DNA of 62,967 nt, filler included, from Platydemus manokwari (Eukaryota): NCBI GenBank assembly GCA_037951405.1. It is 5 parts of 5 records of this genome, joined end to end, with 100 filler letters (N's around TTAATTAATTAA, not from the genome) between each part and the next. Parts side by side here need not be neighbours in the genome. Positions count along the whole stretch, not along the records: positions 51,558 to 62,967 come from JBBMOY010691097.1; 4 more parts are not named here. One strand, 5' to 3'. A model generated the notes under the pieces. The model did not search any database. It was not told where the DNA came from and worked only from the letters and a program-made list of their open reading frames with translations. Positions 53,079 through 62,967 of this stretch are shown here, in pieces. Position 1 is the stretch's first letter, and every line of letters begins with the position of its first letter. The translations under genes and the position numbers were made by a program.

Positions 53079-54470
53079 ATGGGTTCACCTATGTATGATC
53101 CATTTCATAAAGGTTATCGCATTTTTATCGGTGGTTTGAATCCAAAAGTCACAAAATATGACATAGAAAGGGAATTCGAACGTTTTGGTAAGGTTACCGA
53201 TGTTTGGGTAGCCAGAAGTCCACCAGGTTTTTCATTTTTAATTTACAAGCATGCTGGTGATGCTGAATATGCAGTGGCAAAGATGAATGACAGGTCTTAT
53301 ATTTTTAACTGCAATAATATTAATTAAAATATAGAAAGTTTATGGGTGAACGAATAAAGGTTGAGCATGCTAGAAATCCATCTAACCCAAAATCTCAAAG
53401 GTATGCTATATATAATTATAATTAAAAATAATGTAGCGGACCTAAATCATAATTTACATTTATAAAATCAGCCTCTACGGTTATTCAATGATTCATTATA
53501 TTCTCTACTTCAATAACGACACCATTACTACTTATATTAATCGAATTCAACATAAAATCAGTTCTTCGATATTCGAAACTTCTCACTTATTCATTCCTTT
53601 TTGTGTTTCAGCATGTTTTTGATCAATATTTTAGCAGGTAAGATAAGCCCAAGAAGGACTAATTAATATTTCCTAGGACTAAGGATTTATAAAATTTTCA
53701 AATGTTTATATTAAATTAATCTAAATTTAGAGGGGGTCGGAGCAGGTCACGAGATTATAGAAGAAGTAGATCTCGCGAAAAATATAGAAGTAGATCTCGA
53801 GGTAAATATCGAAGCAGAAGCAGGGATAGGCGAAAGAGATCTAGATCACGCCATCGGGATAGGTATGTTTTAACCTATTTTTATTAATAATATTTTTGAT
53901 AGATCATCCGATGACCGAAAATCAAAAAGAAGGAGGTCTAGGTCAAATCGCAGAAATAAAAGCCGATCACTTTCTTTCAGAAAGAATCGCAGTCGTTCAA
54001 CCTCTGCTAAAAAAGGGCGTAGTAAATCTTTATCAGTGAAAAGAGAGCGTAGTAGGTCAATATCAGGTAAGCCTGATGGTGGTAGATCTACTTTTAATAA
54101 AAGAGATAGAAGTAGTTCTACACCTATAAAAAAAGAAAAAGAATTTAGTAGATCACCATCGATTAGAAAAGATAGAAGTGAAACTGTGTCCGAAAAAGGG
54201 CATAGACGTAAAAGTCATTCATCAAGGCGCCAAACATCGAAATCGAGTTCTAGGTCGTCAGGTGGTAAAAAGAGGACCCCTCCATCACGAGATGCTTCTG
54301 TTGAGAAGATAAATTCTAAACACTCTAGTAAGAAAAGCTCGTCAAATTCCTCTAGAGGTAGGGAAAATTCGAAATCATATTCTCCTGACAAAGATGGTAA
54401 TGACAGTCCGAACAGTATGGTGAATGGAAATCGGTGTAGATCTAGTAGTGCTTGTGGTGAAGAAATATGA
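53079..54470 (+). CDS. SRSF3/SRSF7(RBP1)-like SR splicing factor; exons 53079-53293, 53335-53400, 53731-53862, 53903-54470 (326 aa)
   Basis: RRM RIFIGGL...DVWVARSPPGFSF...GERIKVEHAR followed by a long RS domain. GT-AG introns of 41, 330 and 40 nt are all phase 2. No zinc knuckle. Confidence 0.9.
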
Positions 54471-55179
54471 CAATGTATCTTATAATTGTTATTTTTACCA
54501 TGTGAAGTTTTAGTGTACTGTTATTCATATTTAAATTTGTATTAATAAATATATTACCAGCGCACTATCATGTTTTAATATTTAAAAATTTATCTTAAAC
54601 GATATAATTTGAAAATGCTCATAATGGAATAATTTGGATTAAAATGTTTATTATATTTATAATTATCATTTATTAAATTTTGTTAAAAGCACTGAAATGC
54701 GTTTATATATAATTTTCATTTATGCTCTAATTTTGTAAATAATCAGGTATCGAATCAATAATATGCTATCTATACCGATTTTGGAGTTTCTTTGAATACT
54801 TACCGGTTCTTGTATATGTAAATTTTGTTATTAATGAAATCCCAACGTGTTTGTCAACCTATTATATTGATTTCTTATCTCAAAAACCACTTAAAAAATT
54901 CAGAAAAAATTGAGCCAAGGTTATTTTTCTAAACTTGAATTGATTTATTAATTCAGTTAAATTATTAAAAATTACAAAAGTAGTGTAATAAAGCTCTATA
55001 AGTTATTTAGTTAAACTTAATAAATACTGTTTCGATAGCAGACCACCGATTACAGAAAAGTAAATGTGTAAACTATTAAAACAAAAATGTTTATGGCATT
55101 TTGTATCATTGATTATACGACGACCCCACACAGCAACTGTAAGAAGGAATTGCTTAAAATCTCAAGTTTGTAATTATCA

Positions 55180-55360
55180 GGTATTCTACTATTTCTATAG
55201 CTATGAGATGGCCATAATTATGCAAGGAATTTGTTGTAAAACATCCAATTCTTTAAGAATGCTTATGGCTTATATTTAAGTACTTTTCCACGCGAGGATC
55301 AACAATTAGAAATGCACAAAGAAGAATTTAAAAAAATCAGGACTGTCTCCGCTTATATAC
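55180..55360 (+). mobile_element. Possible pogo/Tigger-type transposase trace
   Basis: ILLFL...DGHNY and FKKSGLSPL resemble the DDE_1 motifs LDGHSSH and FKKTGIYP. Heavily deleted. Confidence 0.3.
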
Positions 55361-58300
55361 TGATCCAGAATATTTTTCAAGTTTTTATAATAATACTGAC
55401 CATATTCAGGTAGCTTGTTAATGAAATCAAATTTCTTAATAACTAAATATTTTATGAGATTTGTTAATTTTTAAAGAATTTATTTATAGAAATACAACCC
55501 GACAAAGATCAGTCAATATTACTATTAAATTATGGTGTGTTGCGATGTTTTTCGATTCGAATATAATACCAGCACTGTGTGCAAATTAGACTGCATATAA
55601 CACTGTCGAATTGTCCTAACAAAATAATATTAAGAAACTTCTATTTACCATAGCAATGTGGTTGTATAAAATATAACTCAAAGTAACTATGGTTTATAAT
55701 TTTTTATTTTTGAAAAATGAAAACAATGTATAACACAAAAAATAAACGAAAGCAATTAATAGTAATCAATGCCCGAAATTGAGTTATCGGCATACTGAAG
55801 CATACGGAGAAGAGGCAAGGTTCGTTAATAAACAAGTGATGGCTTCGACAATATTTTATTAAACTAATATTAAAATTGTTTCAATAATTATTAAGTTAAG
55901 TCTGCTAATGATTTTAGTGAAACATGTTAAAGATGACTGGGTTTTATTATAATAAGAATAAGCTCAAACTGTAAATTTGCAATTTTTAAAAAATATATAA
56001 ATTAATATTGTAGTTTTATCAGAAGGATTTTTAAATAACGTTAAATATATTCCCAAATGTATTCACCCTAGTTCTTCAACTTATCTGGACTCCAAATAGA
56101 TAAGAGGTTGTTGTCTCTTAATCACTCTTTTATTAAAAAAAATAATATTTAAACATATAGAATGATAAAAATAAAATATAGTGAACAAATGCAAAAATAG
56201 AACAAAATAAAATATATTAATCGACAATTAAAAATCTGAATACAATCAATTTAAAATTCTAAAAGCGGTGTTCGCAATTGTGGGAGAAAATGGTGTTAGT
56301 CAAGTAAATAGTAAAGGGCATACCGCTTAGGTGCTCGAGTAAGCTTTTCATTACAAAAAGGAAGGTGGGGAACCTTGAAGTAGAGCTTATATGAGTCTAG
56401 TAGACCTCGAGGCTAAAACTAGCCGTGGGTCGAAAATTTATTGAGCAGTTAAAAAATTTACTTGTGGGATGCATTTTTAAAATCTTCAAATCAAAATTGG
56501 CATATAAAAATATCTTCAGAATGGTGAAATCTGCTGATCAGAATAAAATAACTTCTTCAAATTGCAAATAAGTCGTTTCGAAGTGTGCCATAATTGTGCG
56601 ATGATTGTCTGTTACTGCAAGTATTTATACTATTTTGTGTACTATTATGAGTCATGCATGTTGTTGCTATTTTTGGTAACATTCTATGCTTAATAGCATA
56701 TGTTGCTAATTTTAGCACATGTACAGCATAGGTTACTATTTTTAGTATTAGTGGTTATTTTTAGCAACTAATGCTTTTATTTCTGTTTTCCGTTCATCGT
56801 AAGTTCTATTTTTAGATTTCGATACTGATTTTCCTAATGACCTTAATGTCAATTAGTTTTGATGCAGTAAAACAAATTAAAAATTTTATGAATATTTTTG
56901 TGATTTTTAGCATTATAATTTTCGTTAATTTGAGACTTATTTTCAAAAGTTTTATATTATTATTTCAATTTATTTTATGCTATGGTTGGGTCAAAATGGC
57001 CCATTTAGTTCCCCACATATATGACAAAAATTAAATAAATAATAATTGCTAAAGATTTTTGCAATTCTGCACTCAAATTGATCCTTCAAACTTCCCAAAC
57101 AATTAATCAATCTATTTTAAAAAATTGTTTGATTTATCTTTACCACGATAATCACAGATTGTAAATATTACTCTTGAATATTGATAACTTCGAATATCTA
57201 CTTGCTGTCGCCGAAATTCTTAGATATGAATTTTAACTGGGTGGTTTAACCAGTTGTAGTCTCGATACTTAGTTTCCATTAGTAATTACTAAATTTGCAT
57301 ATTATTTGTTACTTATCTCTCATTTTTGTTTATCAATTATTATTATTATTATTTAATTCAATTTTATTTAATATTAATGCAATAATTATTTAATCGAATT
57401 CCATCTCTTGAAATAAAATATTTTACTTGATAAAACATTTAAGAGCAGAGGTATTGGATAATCAAACAACATTAAATTGAAAGTCAAATGAAATGTAAGA
57501 CAAAATCCTAAATTAATATCCATAATAACGATAAATCAAAGCAATCGAATTTGCCAATCATTTAAATCATTTACATTGACACGGATTCTGAATGAATTTT
57601 ATTGGTTTTCTACTAAGGAATTAACGAATCTGTAGATTTGAATAAATGAATTGATTGAGAGGGTTTAAAGATTGATTCGATTATTGGTTTTATTTATAAT
57701 TGGGAGTTTATCAATAGACATATATATTGATGAAGCTGATACATAAGCTGATAGCTTTTTACACAAAGGGAATTTTAAAAAGTTTCAAATAATGGTTAAT
57801 AAAGCATTAAAATTTTTAATTTATATTTTTTTTCGTTTTATCTGATCTATTTTTTGAAAAATTAAATTCTTAATACATCTTTTTCATGTCTTCTTGTTTT
57901 ATGTCACCTATTCTTCGGTTGATAATTTCTGAAAAATTTTATTCTGGTTTCTGATCAATAAATTTTTAAATATTTTTTATTGTGTTTTAGTTTGTTGATT
58001 TGAACTTATTATTTTTATTAAATTTATTTTTCAACCTAGTTGTTGATTTATTGTTGTTCTGCATTTGATGTTAATATTATTATAAATAATATTATATGAA
58101 TGTTAATATAAATATTATTGTTCTTATGCTATTTGTTTATGTTATTATTTATTAATATTGTTTATTCGTTTAATATTCGACTTATTCTCTTTATATCCAT
58201 TTATTGGTTTTATTATCTTAATTCATCTCCAATATTATTTAATTTAGTGATAATCTTTATATATAACTTTAATTTAATAAATAAGATTATTGATTATCTC

Positions 58301-59849
58301 AAATATTCATGGAGCAAGAATAAAAAAAGCTAAAACACAACAATTGATTGAAACATAATAACTAAAAGATAAATAAAGTTTAAAGTTCAACTGGTAGCAC
58401 ACAATTATTGTTGTTTCGAAGAAATCAACTATACGGAGTTAATAAACATTAACCGACTCTAACCAAGTTTTATTGATTTAATGTAATCTTGTGATCTTTT
58501 ATAATCTTATATATTACTATCTCGTGTCTAAATTGTAATATAATATGACAAGCCGGAATAGTTATCTTATAATAATGTTTATAATATGAAACGAAGCGAA
58601 TTTGTCTGAAATATCTAAATTTATATACTATTAGTGAATAATAAACAGTATAATATAATTGGTTAACTGTAAAGATTTCTTGGAAAAAGTTGAACTAACA
58701 AATAAAATTTTTATAATTAATAATCTATACTATCCAGAGAAATGAATAAACACAAAAAATAAAATTAGATTACTAGATAGTTTTATAAGTAGCCACATTT
58801 TGGAATTATAAGTATTTTAAAATATCGGTAAATCCCGAAATAGTTCACATTAATAATAAACAACCCTAGAATAACAATAAATAATCTCAAAATAAAGAAA
58901 AATGAAAATTTATAAATCATAAATTACCTTACTATAAATTTAATAAAAATACTGTTAAAAAACACAATTCCATGTCCCTAATTAAAATCTGGCCTTGAAG
59001 AAAATTTTTCCAAGATAATTATTTTGAGAAGAAATCAGAGGCAATTATAGTTTCGCGTGAAGTTCTTTAAGCCATTTGATCAATAATCAATCACTGTTCA
59101 TTGGTTCGAATTAAGTTAGTATCATAATGAAAAATTCATTGGCATTTAAACCATTGGTCTTATATTCCTATTTACCAAACAATGTCTCACCATTGCTATG
59201 ATTATGCCCTAATATTACGAAAAGGTTTATAAATCATAAACTTTTCCAAGACGTTAAAATCGTCCTGTGCAGTGTTTAAGCTGATCATATAGAGTATCTA
59301 AAGATTGATGTTTTGTAATTATTTGTGTAGATCAATAAACATGTTGAAATTCAAATTGAGTTGATTATTGATAGAATAGTAAGGGTCATAAACACATTTG
59401 ATTTGTCATTGATAATCATTTATTACTTTTTAGTGTCAGTGTGATTTCCAGAGAAACAATAGAGACTGATAAATAACTAGGATTAAGAATAGTAATTCAA
59501 TTTTTTTGCGATTTTCATAAGCGTCATATTGTAGGTAGAGTGTCGAGACAAAAATAACAATTTAAGGCTGATACACCTGGGTTATAAATTATGATTCAGA
59601 GAAACTGGTTCAAACCACACTAGTGACAATAGATTAAGGAACTCTTGAAAAATTTAAGTATAAGCTTATAAATAAAAAATACAATATAACTTAAACGTAT
59701 CAGAATAATGATAAAGGTAAATTGTTAGTTATTAGAAGTTAGATTTGGTTGCTGTCGGATGATTAGATTGCATTGCATTGTATTTTAAAGATTGGATGTA
59801 ATCAGAATAAAAGATTGGAAATCATATTTTGGAATCGTTTGGTCATTCT

Positions 59850-60230
59850 TTATTAAAAGGATTACCAAAACTATTTAGGCTGCTAAAAATTTCGTCGATT
59901 GTTTTATTGTAGCGTTTATCATAAATTCGATATCAGGCAATAAGTCAATCCAATCTATGTATTTCTTGTTTTGAATACTTGTCATTATTGGATCACGTAT
60001 TGTTCGAAATTGTAACTCGATCAGACCATTGGCACTGTGACGATAAGGACTTGATTGTTTCAATACAATGTGATGCTTTGTCTAGAGTTCTGAAATAACT
60101 TTGGATTCGAAGACTCTTCCTCTATCTGTATATAGCGTTTTAGGGGAGCCAAATTTTAGGATCCATTTATTGGTTAAATAATGGTATGCGTTTGTATTTT
60201 GACTGGTTCTTAAGGGGCTTCAATATCGGG
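59850..60230 (-). mobile_element. Gypsy integrase core remnant
   Basis: KWILKFGSPKTLYTDRGRVFES...SSPYRHSANGLIE.QFRTI...WIDLLPDIEFMINAT, with internal stops. Confidence 0.9.
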
Positions 60231-62967
60231 TATGAAGACCTCGCTATTGGTAAATTAAAAATTAATATTATCTAAGGCCTTAATCAATTGATGACTGAGT
60301 CCTTCGTGATGATACCCAACACTGATCTCGAACGCTGTAATATTGAATCAATCAATCTCCTAAACCCAATTGATCGATATACAATAAGATAGTTTAAACT
60401 AACTCAAATAATTAAACCCAATTGATCGATATAATTTAAAATGTTACGACGTTAATATTGATAATTAATTAACACCCGTCGACAATTTAATTTGCATTTG
60501 TCGACATTCCTCGAATATTTGTTTCGATTACAATGCACTTTTATTAATATATTTTATTATTTACTATAAATTATTTATTTATTATTGCTTATTAGATATC
60601 CGTTTTATTCTTTATTTCTTCAATTATTAAATATTATATTCATTATTTACTCCTTTTATTTTACTATTATTTATAATTTGCCACTTTCCCTTCCCCACTT
60701 TATTTCCCCGCTTCGCTACATTACACGTAAAAGTTTATAGGGATTATTACAAAGTTATTAAAGATTAATATAATAATATAAAACACAAACACCAGAATGA
60801 TATAATTAAATTAATGTCGTAACTATCAGATTAATATTGCAAATATCAGGTCAATTTAATGTTTCAAATATCAAGTCAATGTTGGATTGGATTGAGTATT
60901 GGATTGAGCATTTGGATTCGATTGGTGCGTCCACTGTCAAAGGCTTTATTTTGCATGCTATATATATTTCTCATTATGTACAAATGTTTTATATGTATTA
61001 TTGATGATAAGTGTTGGGTGGGGATCCCAACATATTTCGTAGCACCTCTGCTGTTATTTTCTCATCTTGGTAAGCAACCACTGTCAATGAAATGTATTTG
61101 GTAAAATTATCAATGATTGCCAAAATGCATTGTTTCCTGATCTTGTTCTATTTAATGGTCCGCAGAAATCGACATACACATCTTTAAAAATTTTATTAGA
61201 ATCTTGGTTTATAACATTTTCTTTTGTTTTTCTATACAGTGGTATTCAAATCAAAGGATATTAACTGAGAGGCAAGATAGATTTAAGCTAAATCTGAATG
61301 ATGATATCTATTAACTGACAGAGTGCATGTCGAATATTCTGTGGAATTCAATTTCAAAAAGGCGAAACAATCCGAAAATGACGAACCAATAAAAATACAA
61401 CAACATTCAAGCGAAGCCTTGGTTATCTATTTGAGATAGCCCTAACTTGTCTCAGAATAAAGCTAATATTGACCAATTTAATGTGTTATTTAATTAAAAC
61501 TAATAAATTGGAAGCTCTTAAGAAATATTGTCTTTTTCTAACCTTGTTTAAACAAGCCACATAAATGTGTACATTAAAAGTGTTTGTTGATAACATTATT
61601 TATGAAATTTATTTACGCAACTAATGAGTTAGAAAAAATTTCGATTTTGAATATACTGGAAGTTCAAAAAGGCTAATGAAAGCCTTTAGTTAAACTATAT
61701 TGAATTAAATATTCTAAAATAACTAATGATATAAATGAAAGGTGATTTTTATTTGATTTAAATTATAAAAATATATTAAATCAAGGTCCAGTTATTGTAC
61801 CCAGTGACATATGCTATAAATATTTCTTTATTAATTTCATCATATGAACTGTTGGTTCGGTATACAAATATTTACAAACTTTATTAAATGTACCTTAGCT
61901 AATAAGTTTTCCAATTTGCTAATTATTACAAAGACATTTGGATAAATCAATGGTCAACTAATGAAAATTTAAAATTTATAATGAATAAATAAATGAACCC
62001 AATAATGTGGATATCAAAAATAGAACTAAGGTGTTGCAGATCATCATATTATCTACAGTAAAATCACAAAAGTTTCAAACAATATTATGGAAATACAAAA
62101 CGATACTAAAATTTCAAGTCGATACTATTATACACCAGTGAGACATAATGAGATATTTTTCGATTCAAACCAATCATAAATAATATCGTTCGTTTTAATT
62201 AAAATCTTTAAATAAATATAAATATTATTTCAATCAATTATGCCGATGAAACACAAATCACAGAAATAACAAGGTCAAATGCGCTTCTCCAAATAAATTC
62301 TTGAAATAAATTATTTAACAAAGTTTTAGTTATTATATTGATGACTGTTGAGTGAATAGAAACATTTAACGCATACTCTAACCGGTTTAAATAATCGCAG
62401 CCGATGAATTTCTGTTTCATATTTACTGCATCTGAAATATGAAATTATTATTTCAAATATATTTTTATAAAGATAAAGAGTGATTTTCGGACTGTTAGTA
62501 TGATATGTGAAAAATGACAAGCTCAATTCCGGGATGGAAAGCTTTGCACAAAATTAAATTTTTTCGCAAAATAACTAGGTCACTAGTTTCGTGAAGTTGG
62601 AAGACCTCAAATTATAAACAGCAAAGGCAGATTAAATTAAGAACTACATATATTGGAATTTGATGCCAATAAAACATCATAACTGTAAGATATGCCATAA
62701 TTTTAAGTTGCCAAGACGAAGAAAACAATATACTTATGTGAAACGAGCAAAATAAAATCATAAATTCGTTGTTGGGGACCGTTACAAAAATAAATGGAAA
62801 TATTATAAAAAAATAAATGAATCGAAGGCCTTAGAAGAATATAAGTCGAAATATCGGCCTACTTACACACACACGTATATATATATAAAATAAATAAATT
62901 TATTTATATCATTTTAATAATTTATTCCAATTCCCTTCATCATAGTTTATATGAACCTTCTTATTTT

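Overview
Very AT-rich eukaryotic nuclear DNA, most likely from a planarian flatworm. The evidence is a cox1 NUMT that reads best in mitochondrial code 9 and host genes with 40-58 nt introns. The window is not one locus: four identical 100-nt linkers (N44-TTAATTAATTAA-N44) join five separate contigs, and there is one ordinary scaffold gap. Host genes that can be reconstructed are MRPL55 (3 exons), a Tctex1-domain dynein light chain, ANP32 (5 exons), an intronless PH+RhoGAP-like gene, two exons of an insulin-receptor-like FnIII domain, and an SRSF3/7-like SR protein with a probable poison exon. Most of the rest is decayed mobile DNA: several Gypsy/Ty3 remnants, a DD41D Tc1/mariner relic, MITEs, and a Polinton/adintovirus-type zinc-finger+PLA2 pseudogene. 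The most unusual items are (i) a cleanly bounded 1.3-kb solo LTR (TGTTGGG...CCCAACA, GTTA target duplication) carrying an intact 90-aa motif-rich ORF, (ii) a decayed DEDDh exonuclease domain in TE-like sequence, and (iii) alternative splice sites in the SR gene that give either a poison exon or a frame switch of the RS domain. All calls come from manual reading; no database searches were run.
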